From: Syntrophobacterales bacterium
GTDB taxonomy: Bacteria > Desulfobacterota > Syntrophobacteria > BM002
DNA length: 40,428 nucleotides
Assembly: GCA_050123975.1 (NCBI GenBank)
Contig: JASFGC010000002.1
Coordinates: 1 to 40,428, forward strand
Direction of reading: 5' to 3'
Every line of letters starts with the position of its first letter. The stretch's first letter is position 1. Positions 16,870 to 25,960 of this stretch are shown here, piece by piece. A model generated the notes under the pieces. The model was not told the origin of the DNA, did no database searches, and saw only the letters and a program-made list of their open reading frames with translations. The position numbers and the translations under genes are program-made.

Positions 16870-17628
16870 TTATAGAAAGATCCCAGCAAACTTCGGGGTC
16901 CGTCCTTCGTAACCGTGCAGTTCCACCTGTCCCTGCCCCTCCAGAGCCGTGAGCAGATTGGAAACGTTCTGAATACCAATGTTCGTCCGGGAATCGATCT
17001 CCCTTACGGACAAAGGTCCATCCCGCAGGCTCAGGTAGATCAAGCTCTTCTCATACTCGCTCTTTATATTCTCATCCAGCAGCTTCAGATAAGCATCCGC
17101 TTTTAGCTTTTCGCCGTAGACGTTGCCTTTCTCCGTAAGCTGTCGCTGCATTCCCATGAGCCAACGCACAGTCTCGGTTTCCAGAGTCCTAAGCATGGCT
17201 TCCAGGTTGAACTTGTTGGCCTCGGCGTCAAAGGGGCCCATTGCTTTAATCTGATCAGTTGTTTCAGTAACCAGCTCGGCAAACAGCTGCCCTTCGGCAG
17301 CGGAAACCCAAGCTAACTGCAACCGCTCCCGACCGATGCCGGCAAGATCCAGCAGATTCTGAGTAGCAAAGATCTTCTTTTCCGCGTGGAGATTACCTTC
17401 CAGGTAATGACATTCTCCTGGGTGTCAGCCGAAAACCAACGAGGCATCGTAGCCGGACTGCAGCGCTTTGACGATGAAAACCGGATCAACCCGGCCGGAA
17501 CACATGGTGCGGATAACTCGAATGGTAGATGGGTACTGGAATCTGGACACTCCGGCCAAATCCGCTCCAGCATAGGCACACCAGTTGCACAAAAACGCCA
17601 ACATCTTGGGTTCGAAACCTTCGCTCAT
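16870..17628 (-). CDS. mvhD: MvhD domain with an in-frame TGA (Sec) fused to a ~115-aa C-terminal extension ending in a winged-helix-like segment
   Basis: On the minus strand the frame reads MSEGFEPKMLAFLCNWCAYAGADLAG..MCSGRVD..SLVFG-TGA(17427-17425)-HPGECHYLEGNLHAEKKIFATQNLLDLAGIGRERLQLAWVSAAEGQ.., joining the listed ORFs 17425-17628 and 16870-17322. Total 759 nt, or 253 codons. The TGA aligns with the Cys of GC(L/H)xGDCHY in the other copies. Confidence 0.8.
17388..17427 (-). promoter_or_regulatory. UGA(Sec) plus a candidate SECIS hairpin
   Basis: On the minus strand: UGA, 16 nt, AUUACC (17408-17403), loop UGGAA (17402-17398), GGUAAU (17397-17392). An outer GGAG (17418-17415) pairs with CUCC (17391-17388). 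The loop starts 22 nt after the UGA. Confidence 0.55.
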
Positions 17629-17662
17629 ATTCCATTCTCCTGCCGCCAGCTATATCATAAGG

Positions 17663-20600
17663 TTATTCCACCGCAGCAATCGCCGCCATCAGCTGGCCGT
17701 CTTTAAAATGGAGCATATCGATGGCCTTCTGCGGACAAGTGGAGGCACACACGCCACAGCCCTTGCACGAGGCCGGTATATTGACAGCTCGATACCCTTT
17801 GCCCTCCACCTCTTCCAGTTGAATTGCGCCAAAAACGCACACCGCCTCGCACAAGCCGCAACCGATACAGGCCTCCGCATCCACGGCAGAGACGATGGGC
17901 TCCACCATGACATATTTTTGGGAAAGTACGGTGACCGCCCGACCTGCTGCCGCTTGCGCCTGGGCTATGCTCTCTTCCAGTGGCTTGGGATAATGGGCCA
18001 GCCCGCAGACAAATACCCCGTCGGTGGGGAAATCAACCGGTCTGAGCTTCATGTGCGCTTCCAAGAAGAACTTGTCATCGGTTAAGGGCAATTTGAAAGA
18101 CTTGGCAATGCCCTCATGGTCTGTAGGATGGATTGCCGTGGCCAGGTTGATAAAATCGGGCTCAATGGTTATTGGCCAGCCCAGGATGTGATCCGTCACC
18201 GTTACCTTTAACCCCCCGTTTCCATCCACCTCCACCTTCGGCTTGTCGTCGAGGCTGTAGCGAATGAAGAGAACACCTTTGGCACGGGCTTGTTGGTAGA
18301 GGTCCTCCCTGGGGCCATAGGTGCGGAGATCCCGGTAGAGGACGAACACATCCATTTCCGGATTGATCTCTTTGAGCTGCAAAGCCGACTGTACCGAGTG
18401 GGTGCAGCAGATCTTGGAACAGTAAGGTCTTTCCGGCTCCCGAGAGCCAACACACTGAATGAAAACCGCTGCTTTGGCCGTTTTGACCATCTTCGGATCG
18501 GCCTCAATGGCCTCCCCCAGCTCGTGCCAACGAAACACCCGGTCACTCTTACCGTAGAGATATTCATCCGGCGCTATCGACTGGGCCCCGGTGGCGAGGA
18601 TGGCAACACCATGCTCGATCTGCCGCTCACCGGCACCATTAGCCACTGTGCTGACAAAGTTACCTACGAAGCCACTGACGTTCTTGAGCTCAGTTTCGGT
18701 GAGAACCTCGACATTGTCATGTCCTTCCACCTTGCTCACTAGGTCGGCCACAAAAGCGGACACATCTTCACCCTTCCAGGTACGTTTGATGTGCAGGGCA
18801 TTACCACCAAGCTGTTCCTTCTTTTCCACCAGGTAGCTCTTGAAGCCTTGCTCGGCCAGATTGAGGGCCGCGGACATGCCGGCCACCCCACCACCAATAA
18901 CGAGTGCTGCCGGGTTCAGATCCACCCGAATCTCCTGAATGGGCTCAAGCAAGGAGGCCCTGGCAACGGCCATCCGTACCAAGTCCTTGGCCTTTTCCGT
19001 GGCCTTTTCGGGCTCGCTTTGGTGCACCCAGGAGTCCTGGTCGCGGATGTTGGCCATCTCAAAGAGGAATCTGTTCAGGCCAGCTTCCCTGATTGTTTCT
19101 TGAAACAAAGGCTCGTGAGTTCTAGGGGTACAGGCGGCCACCACTACTCGGTTCAAGTTGTTTTCTAGGATGGCCTCCTTCATGATCTCCTGGGTATCCT
19201 GGGAGCAGGTGAACAGGTTCTCTGCCACATAGGCTACGTTGGGCAGGGTTTCCGCAAAGGCGCGCACCGCCGGAACATCTACGATGCCGCCAATATTCAC
19301 TCCGCAATTGCAGACAAACACACCGATGCGGGGATCCTTCAGGTCAATGGAAGTCTCTTCCATAAAGGTCTTTTCTTTGACCTGTGAGCCTCGCACATCC
19401 GCCAGAAGGGATTGGGACGCCGCTGCCGCCGCGCTGGCCTCCATCACCGAGTAGGGAATATCCTTGGGACCGCTGAAAGCGCCACAGACAAAAATCCCCG
19501 GTTTGGAGGTGGCCACTGGCGCAAAAGAGCTGGCAGTAACAAACTGGTCTTCGTCCAGTTCAATGCCGAGTTTCTCAGCCAGATCGACCGTTGCAGCCGA
19601 GGTCTCCATACCCACGGAAAGCACAACCATGTCGAAAGTCTCTTTTTCGATCTTACCGTCCTCGGTGGTGTAGGTGATCTCCAGGTCACCGCTGTCGCCC
19701 ACCGGGTCGACGCTGTGCACTCGCGAGCGGACAAAACGCACTCCGATCTCGTCCTCGGCTCGCATGTAGTACTTGTCAAATTCCTTGCCATAGGTTCGCA
19801 TATCCATAAAAAAGATGGCGGTATCCAAAGGTTGCTTGCTATGCTCTTTGGCAATTACCGCCTCCTTGATGGCGTACATGCAGCAGACGCCAGAACAGTA
19901 GCCGTGATCGCACTGATTGATGTCACGGGAGCCCACACATTGTAGCCAGGCGATTTTCTTGGGTTCTTTGGCATCCGAAGGCCGAATGAGATGACCTTCG
20001 TAAGGGCCGGATGCACTGAGGATACGTTCAAATTCCATACTGGTAACCACATTGGGATATCTGGCGTAATTGTAGGTGTGGTATTGACTGGGGTTGAAGG
20101 CTTGAAAGCCGGGCGCGGCTATGATTGAGCCGACATCGAGGGTGACTGTGGTTTCCAGCATACTGTGATCCACGGCTTCCGCCTTGCAGGCGGTCACGCA
20201 TTCAAGGCATTCGCAACAGGACATGCAGTTGAGACATTTCTCCGCCTCGGCTCTGGCCTGTTCTTCGGTGAGCCCAAGCTCCACTTCGGCAAAATTTGTC
20301 CGCCTCTCGTCACTGGCCAGTGTGGGCATTTCAGCCCGAGCGCTCATCTCCAGATCTTCGGGTATTGCCACGAAGTTCTCCTGAGGGAACTCCACGGGTT
20401 CCCGACCTGCCCTCAGGTCTGCACCCCGCAGGTAGCGTGAAATAGAAATGGCTGCTTCCCTCCCATGCGCTACCGCACCAATAGCCACCCAGGGCCCGGT
20501 GTGGGCATCGCCACCAGCAAACACTCCCTCCACAGTGGTGGCAAAGGTCACAGGATCGGCGTCAATGGTACCCCAGCGGCTGAGCGCCAGCCCTGAATCG

Positions 20601-22117
20601 TCAGTGAGGAAAGCGGAATCTGGAGTTTGTCCGATGGCCGGGAGCACCCAATCGGTGTCCACGATAAATTCACTGCCGGGGACTGGTACCGGGCGACGCC
20701 TCCCGGAAGAATCCGGCTCACCCAGCTCCATTTTGATACACTGAATCCCTACTACCTTGTTGTCTTTGGTGAGAATTTGTTGGGGTGCGGTGAGGTACTG
20801 AATCTCGATGCCCTCGGCCAGAGCATCTTCAATCTCGTGTTCGTAAGCAGGCATTTCAGTCCGGGTGCGGCGATAGAGAATACTGACCTTCTCCGCCCCC
20901 AAGCGCAGAGCAGAGCGGGCCGCATCAATGGCCACATTGCCGCCGCCTACGATAACCGTTCTTCCCTCAAGTTTGCTCAACTCACCCTGATTGACTCGGC
21001 GGAGAAAATCAACACTGGAAACAACTCCCTCTCCATCTTCGCCAGGAATGTTAATCTGCAGGTCTTTGTGGGCACCGATTGCAAGATAAATCGCCTTGTA
21101 GCCCTCTTTGAAAAGACCGTCAAAGGTCACATCCCGACCCAAAGCAGTATTGAGCTTAATCTCCACACCCAAGCGGGTTATGGCCCGAATCTCTTTGTCC
21201 AAAACCTCAGGGGGCAAGCGATAGTCGGGAATACCTAACCGCAACATGCCGCCGGCTACTGACTGAGACTCAAATACCGTGGACTCATAGCCCTCCAGGG
21301 CAAGAAAATGGGCGGCAGTGAGACCCGCCGGACCGGAGCCGATGATGGCTACCTTTTCCTCCCGCTTTTCAATCTCGGGCACAGGAATATCTTCAATATC
21401 CACCTGATCAGCCACAAACCGCTTCAAGGCGCAAATGGAAATGGGCTCATCCACCTCACCCCGCCTGCAGGCCGTCTCACAGGGATGGGGACAGATGCGG
21501 CCGATGGTGCCTGGAAAGGGCAGGGTCCGGAGGATGACCTCCATGGCTTCCCGGTATTTGCCCTCGGCAATAAGAGCCACGTAGGCATGGGCGTTGACAT
21601 GGTTGGGACAGGCATTGGTGCAAGGAGAACGATCGAGCTTGTCGATTATGTAGCCACCGGGAATCGCCTGGGCGTAAGGTTTGTAGGTGGCTTTTCGGGC
21701 GCCAAGGGCGAGATCAAACTCGCTGGGTAAAGTCACGGGGCAGACCTCGGCACAATCCCCGCAGCCGGTGCACTTGTCCAGATCGATGTAACGGGGATTC
21801 TGCCGAATCGTTACCTGAAAACTACCCTGTTCCCCAGCCACGCCTTCTACTTCGGCGCAGGTAAGCAGGTTTATGTTGGGATGGCGACCACACTCCACCA
21901 ACTTGGGGGACAAAATACACATGGAGCAATCATTGGTGGGAAAGGTCTTGTCCAACTGCGCCATAACTCCGCCAATGGCCGGTGAACTTTCAACCACATG
22001 AACGTAGTAACCGGAATCTGCCAAATCCAAGGCTGCCTGAACACCGGCAATTCCGCCACCCACCACCATAACCGAGCCAACCAGTTCGCTGCTCGACCGG
22101 GCCTTTTCAGCGCACAT
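17663..22117 (-). CDS. hdrA: Large HdrA-like fusion protein (HdrL-type): HdrA N-terminal domain, inserted GltD/NfnB-like NAD(P)H oxidoreductase module, then tandem HdrA units (1484 aa)
   Basis: The N-terminus VMVVGGGIAG..DKTFPTNDCSMC is HdrA-like. Aa ~160-570 (CPHPCETACRRG, VAIIGSGPAGLTAA, GGMLRLGIPDYRLP, VIVGGGNVAIDAAR, GVFAGGDA) resemble the glutamate synthase small subunit. The rest carries two HdrA QCVGSR..CC units. RBS AGGAGTG. Confidence 0.85.
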   Translation of the reverse strand: MCAEKARSSSELVGSVMVVGGGIAGVQAALDLADSGYYVHVVESSPAIGGVMAQLDKTFPTNDCSMCILSPKLVECGRHPNINLLTCAEVEGVAGEQGSFQVTIRQNPRYIDLDKCTGCGDCAEVCPVTLPSEFDLALGARKATYKPYAQAIPGGYIIDKLDRSPCTNACPNHVNAHAYVALIAEGKYREAMEVILRTLPFPGTIGRICPHPCETACRRGEVDEPISICALKRFVADQVDIEDIPVPEIEKREEKVAIIGSGPAGLTAAHFLALEGYESTVFESQSVAGGMLRLGIPDYRLPPEVLDKEIRAITRLGVEIKLNTALGRDVTFDGLFKEGYKAIYLAIGAHKDLQINIPGEDGEGVVSSVDFLRRVNQGELSKLEGRTVIVGGGNVAIDAARSALRLGAEKVSILYRRTRTEMPAYEHEIEDALAEGIEIQYLTAPQQILTKDNKVVGIQCIKMELGEPDSSGRRRPVPVPGSEFIVDTDWVLPAIGQTPDSAFLTDDSGLALSRWGTIDADPVTFATTVEGVFAGGDAHTGPWVAIGAVAHGREAAISISRYLRGADLRAGREPVEFPQENFVAIPEDLEMSARAEMPTLASDERRTNFAEVELGLTEEQARAEAEKCLNCMSCCECLECVTACKAEAVDHSMLETTVTLDVGSIIAAPGFQAFNPSQYHTYNYARYPNVVTSMEFERILSASGPYEGHLIRPSDAKEPKKIAWLQCVGSRDINQCDHGYCSGVCCMYAIKEAVIAKEHSKQPLDTAIFFMDMRTYGKEFDKYYMRAEDEIGVRFVRSRVHSVDPVGDSGDLEITYTTEDGKIEKETFDMVVLSVGMETSAATVDLAEKLGIELDEDQFVTASSFAPVATSKPGIFVCGAFSGPKDIPYSVMEASAAAAASQSLLADVRGSQVKEKTFMEETSIDLKDPRIGVFVCNCGVNIGGIVDVPAVRAFAETLPNVAYVAENLFTCSQDTQEIMKEAILENNLNRVVVAACTPRTHEPLFQETIREAGLNRFLFEMANIRDQDSWVHQSEPEKATEKAKDLVRMAVARASLLEPIQEIRVDLNPAALVIGGGVAGMSAALNLAEQGFKSYLVEKKEQLGGNALHIKRTWKGEDVSAFVADLVSKVEGHDNVEVLTETELKNVSGFVGNFVSTVANGAGERQIEHGVAILATGAQSIAPDEYLYGKSDRVFRWHELGEAIEADPKMVKTAKAAVFIQCVGSREPERPYCSKICCTHSVQSALQLKEINPEMDVFVLYRDLRTYGPREDLYQQARAKGVLFIRYSLDDKPKVEVDGNGGLKVTVTDHILGWPITIEPDFINLATAIHPTDHEGIAKSFKLPLTDDKFFLEAHMKLRPVDFPTDGVFVCGLAHYPKPLEESIAQAQAAAGRAVTVLSQKYVMVEPIVSAVDAEACIGCGLCEAVCVFGAIQLEEVEGKGYRAVNIPASCKGCGVCASTCPQKAIDMLHFKDGQLMAAIAAVE

Positions 22118-22422
22118 AGATCACACTCCTATGAGAGATGATTTCTCCTGAATGTTTCTGAGCTGGATTATCACGTATTTTTCCACAACAACTTGGAACA
22201 CTTTTGGAAAGATTCAGTATTATAGCCCAAAGAGTACGTGAGGAAAAGCACAAAATAGGTCACCTGGAAGCAAAAAAGATAAGTGTTAGCAACTTCACGC
22301 TGTTAAACCCATATACCTGGATATCTGCGACCGAGGCTTCCTCGGAACCCACCGTTATGCAGGCCAGACAAGCTACAGGTACAGCTTGAGGCGGGAATCT
22401 TATCTGCCGTGGATATTTGCGC

Positions 22423-22446
22423 GCCCTCCCCTGTGAGGGGGAGGGC
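22423..22446 (-). terminator. GC-rich hairpin 17 nt after the folD stop
   Basis: GCCCTCCCC (22423-22431), a 6-nt loop, then GGGGAGGGC (22438-22446). No U-tract, so termination is uncertain. Confidence 0.35.
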
Positions 22447-22462
22447 AATCGGTTTTGCAACT

Positions 22463-23350
22463 CTAGACAAGCTTATTGTGCACCTTGCAGGCGTGCACCG
22501 TGTTTTTCATCAGCATGGTGATGGTCATGGGGCCGACGCCGCCCGGGACAGGCGTAATGGCTGAAGCCACCTCAGCCGCTTCGTCAAAGGCCACATCACC
22601 TTTGAGGATGCGTTTGCCTTCCTCAGTCCGGCCCACCTCATTGACGCCCACATCAATAATCACCGCACCCGGCTTGATCATGTCGCCCTTGACATACTCG
22701 GGCACGCCAGCGGCAACAATGAGGATGTCGGCACGTTTGGTGTGGAATGCCACGTCCTTGGTGCGGGTGTGCACCACGGTTACGGTGGCATTGGCAGCGG
22801 GTCCCTTTTGCATCAGTATGGCGGCAATGGGCTTGCCCACGATGTTGGAACGACCAACCACCACTACCTCCGCGCCTTCGACCGGAGCTCCGGAGCGAGC
22901 CAGCAGCTCTTGGATCCCGAAAGGAGTGCAGGGGCTGTAGTAGGGGTTACCAATCAAGAGTTTTCCCACGTTCGTGGGGTGGAACCCGTCTACATCCTTG
23001 TCCGGATCGATGGAGAGCAGAACCTTCTGGTCGTCGATGTGTTTGGGCAGGGGAAGCTGCACCAAAATGCCGTGAATTTCAGGATCCTTGTTGTACTTGT
23101 CGATGAGAGCAAGCAACGAGTCCTCATCTAGGTCGGCGGGTTGATTATCTTGGATGGAGTGAAAACCGAGCTCATGGGCGGTTTTCTGCTTGGCACGGAC
23201 GTAACTCTCAGAAGCGGGATCTTCACCCACCAGGATGGTTACCAGACCCGGAGTAACGTTGTGTTTCTCCTTCAACATTTCTACTTCTTCTTTGAGTGCG
23301 GCGCGGATCTCTTTGGCGACCTCTGCGCCCTTTAGCAGTTTTGCAGCCAT
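22463..23350 (-). CDS. folD: Bifunctional methylene-THF dehydrogenase / methenyl-THF cyclohydrolase
   Basis: PGLVTILVGEDPASESYV, GILVQLPLP, VVGRSNIVGKP and TPVPGGVGPMT. Confidence 0.9.
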   Translation of the reverse strand: MAAKLLKGAEVAKEIRAALKEEVEMLKEKHNVTPGLVTILVGEDPASESYVRAKQKTAHELGFHSIQDNQPADLDEDSLLALIDKYNKDPEIHGILVQLPLPKHIDDQKVLLSIDPDKDVDGFHPTNVGKLLIGNPYYSPCTPFGIQELLARSGAPVEGAEVVVVGRSNIVGKPIAAILMQKGPAANATVTVVHTRTKDVAFHTKRADILIVAAGVPEYVKGDMIKPGAVIIDVGVNEVGRTEEGKRILKGDVAFDEAAEVASAITPVPGGVGPMTITMLMKNTVHACKVHNKLV

Positions 23351-23361
23351 AACTCCTCCTT

Positions 23362-23399
23362 AAAAACAGGCAAGGCAGGGCCATGGAGCCCTGCCTGCC
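23362..23399 (-). terminator. Intrinsic-terminator-like hairpin with a T-run after fhs, abutting the folD RBS
   Basis: On the minus strand: GGCAGGCAGGGC-UCCAUG-GCCCUGCCUUGCC (23399-23369, one bulge), then UGUUUUU, then AAGGAGGAGUU-AUG of folD. Confidence 0.55.
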
Positions 23400-23506
23400 A
23401 ACTTCCATACAGCCTTGAACTAAAGTTCCTCTCTCGTTCTCGGCCTGTGTTTGTCTACTTTCAGGACCGGTCTTCCCTGCGGGAGAACCTGCTCAAGCGC
23501 TTTCCC

Positions 23507-25270
23507 CTAGAACAGTCCCGTCACCTTGCCGGTTTCTACATCCACATCCACCCTGCGGTAGGCTGGATCCGAACTGGTTCCCGGCATCAGGCTGATGGCA
23601 CCGCAGCAGGGGCAGAGGAACTTGGCGCCAGAGAAGATGAGCACATCTTGAATGGGCAGCGTCCACCCTTTGGGTACACCCTTCACCGCCGGATCATGGG
23701 TGAGTGAGAGGTGAGTCTTCACCATCATGGTGGTGAAATCATCGTAATAGGAGTCACCTTCGAGCATTTTGGCCTTGGCTTCAGCCGCCGGGGTCCAGGC
23801 CACGCCATCGGCTCCATAGACGTTCTTGGCTATCAGTTCAACCCGATCACGCAGCTTGGTCTCAAGCGGGTAGAGGAACTTGAAGTCGGGCTCTTCTTCG
23901 CAGGCCTCGATGACCGCATCGGCAAATTCAAGAGCGCCGTCGCCACCGTCTGCCCAGTGGGTGGACTCTGCACAGCGAGCCCCGGCTTCCTCGGCTGCCT
24001 TGCGCACCATGGCCACCTCAGCGTCGGTATCGGTGTGGAAGCGGTTTATGCAGACCACCGGGTTAATTCCGGACATCCGGATGGTATTAATGTGGTGTAC
24101 CATATTGGCCACACCCTTTTCCAGATAGTCCAGGCCTTCTTTCTTATACTCATCAGGCAGCGGTAACCCCGCTACCACTTTGGGTCCGCCACCATGCATC
24201 TTCAGGGCCCGGATGGTGCTGGTGAGCACGGATACGTGGGGTATCAGCCCGCTGTAGCGACATTTGACGTTCCAAAACTTCTCAAAGCCGATGTCGGCTC
24301 CGAATCCGGATTCGGTCACATGGTAGTCAAAAATCTTCAGGCCGACCCGGTCGCCGATAATTGAAGACTGACCCACGGCGATGTTGGCAAACGGTCCGGC
24401 ATGCACCATACAGGGCTGATATTCAGCGGTACACATCAGGGTCGGGTTGATGGTGTTGCGCATCCAGGCGGTCATGGCGTTACCCACTTCCAGATCGCCA
24501 GTGGTAACCGCTTTGCCGGTCTTGTCAAAGGCCACGGTAATGTTGTTCAGTTTTTCACGCAAATCTTTGAGATCATAGACAATGGAAAGAATCGCCATGA
24601 GCTCTGAGCTCACCGCAATTCCGAACTTGGACTGCATGGTGAAGCCGTCGTAGCGACCGCCCAAACCAATGACGATATTTCGCAAGGACTGGGCGCAATA
24701 GTCCATGATCCAGCCCATCTCCACCCGGGTGGGATCAATGTCCAGTCTGGACATGCGGGTGAGGCGCGCAAGCTGCTCATCGGAGTAATTTCGCTCGTGC
24801 TGCATCCTGGCGGTAAGAGCCACCAGGGCCAGGTTGTGGGCGTTCATGATGTCGTTGATGTCGCCGGTGAGACCCATGGAGAACTCGGTCATGGGAATCA
24901 GCAAAGAGTTGCCACCGCCGGCCGCGGTCCCCTTGATGTTCATGGTAGGACCTCCGGAGGGTTGTCGCAGGCAACCGCCGACATTGACGCCGCGCTTGCC
25001 CAGACCTTCCATGAGGCCGCAGGATGTGGTGCTCTTTCCCTCTCCGAGAGGAGTGGGAGTGATGGCGGTCACCTCAATGTACTTGCCGTCCGGCTTGTCC
25101 TTAAGGCGCTCCACAATCTTCATGAAATCTAGCCTGCACAGTCTCCCTTGGGGAATAACCTCATCCTTTTCCAGATTGAGCTTTTCCCGCCATTCTTCGG
25201 GAGTTGGCATATTCTCCTCAGCCGCTTCCGAGATCTGCCAATCTGCCATCTTTACTGCATCATAAGCCAT
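23507..25270 (-). CDS. fhs: Formate-tetrahydrofolate ligase
   Basis: 587 aa with [25 protein letters not shown] and many other Fhs-typical blocks. RBS AAGGAGG. Confidence 0.9.
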   Translation of the reverse strand: MAYDAVKMADWQISEAAEENMPTPEEWREKLNLEKDEVIPQGRLCRLDFMKIVERLKDKPDGKYIEVTAITPTPLGEGKSTTSCGLMEGLGKRGVNVGGCLRQPSGGPTMNIKGTAAGGGNSLLIPMTEFSMGLTGDINDIMNAHNLALVALTARMQHERNYSDEQLARLTRMSRLDIDPTRVEMGWIMDYCAQSLRNIVIGLGGRYDGFTMQSKFGIAVSSELMAILSIVYDLKDLREKLNNITVAFDKTGKAVTTGDLEVGNAMTAWMRNTINPTLMCTAEYQPCMVHAGPFANIAVGQSSIIGDRVGLKIFDYHVTESGFGADIGFEKFWNVKCRYSGLIPHVSVLTSTIRALKMHGGGPKVVAGLPLPDEYKKEGLDYLEKGVANMVHHINTIRMSGINPVVCINRFHTDTDAEVAMVRKAAEEAGARCAESTHWADGGDGALEFADAVIEACEEEPDFKFLYPLETKLRDRVELIAKNVYGADGVAWTPAAEAKAKMLEGDSYYDDFTTMMVKTHLSLTHDPAVKGVPKGWTLPIQDVLIFSGAKFLCPCCGAISLMPGTSSDPAYRRVDVDVETGKVTGLF

Positions 25271-25960
25271 TTCGAACCTCCTTGGTTGATATGAATGTAC
25301 TTACAGGTGCTGGGGTGGAATCACCAGATCGCTGCCGTCATCACCTCCTTTGAATTATATTTTTCTGTGAATCGTCTATCTTTAAAACCACGTACATTGC
25401 GTCCATCAAGGACTGAGATAGTAACTTTCTTTGGCTCCAGGCCCTGGTAGTGTCGCCTTTTCCACGACCTGGAACGTGTTGGTATTGGTAAGTTTAGAAG
25501 GCAGAAAAACAACTATCGCCTGTACATACTAATAGCTGCCTAACTATGTCTCGGTTCAACGCTTCGGCAAAGAACTCAAATAGTTAGGTTTCAAAACGTT
25601 AGGATGTCTTTGATAAGCGTAAAATGGTGCGAAAGGAGACCAAAGAACGCTTTCGGGGGACCGATGTCTGAGCCATCTTAAGAAAAAAACTTTTTTTCAC
25701 ATTGTTTATCAAAAGGTTTATTTCAGCTTCATCTTTTTGTCAAGACAAAAATGAAATCCGGTTCGGAAGATACCAACCTCTCCGAGAAAAAATCCATTGA
25801 ATTTTGAGCTGTTTTTCTCTATAGTAACAGGCAAATTCCTATAGAGAAATCAATGAGTTTATAGCGATAGAGGTCATCACACTAATCCCGTTAGTGTGGA
25901 TGTCTCACTCGGCAGCTCTCGCCTGAGCAGGCGAAGCCGATTCGGAAACGAGGTTTGCCC

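Noticed and set aside
22219-22224. A TATAAT hexamer (minus strand) ~100 nt upstream of the 1484-aa hdrA gene, considered as a promoter -10.
   Set aside because: No acceptable -35 lies at 16-18 nt (best match TTTTCC). An isolated hexamer in an AT-rich spacer is not sufficient evidence.
25433-25472. On the minus strand upstream of fhs, CCAGGUCGUGGAAAAGGCGACAC..GGGCCUGGAGCC resembles the GGGUCGUG..GGCGA core of the ZTP (pfl) riboswitch, which often precedes fhs, folD and purH.
   Set aside because: I found no matching 3' CCGCCUGGGC pseudoknot partner between this site and the fhs start. The GUCG/CGAC pairing is explained by a trivial 4-bp hairpin. A covariance-model scan (Rfam pfl) would settle it.
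25321-25512. A 63-aa minus-strand ORF in the fhs-dnaA spacer.
   Set aside because: It has no RBS or motifs and lies in the putative origin or 5'-UTR region. It is probably non-coding.
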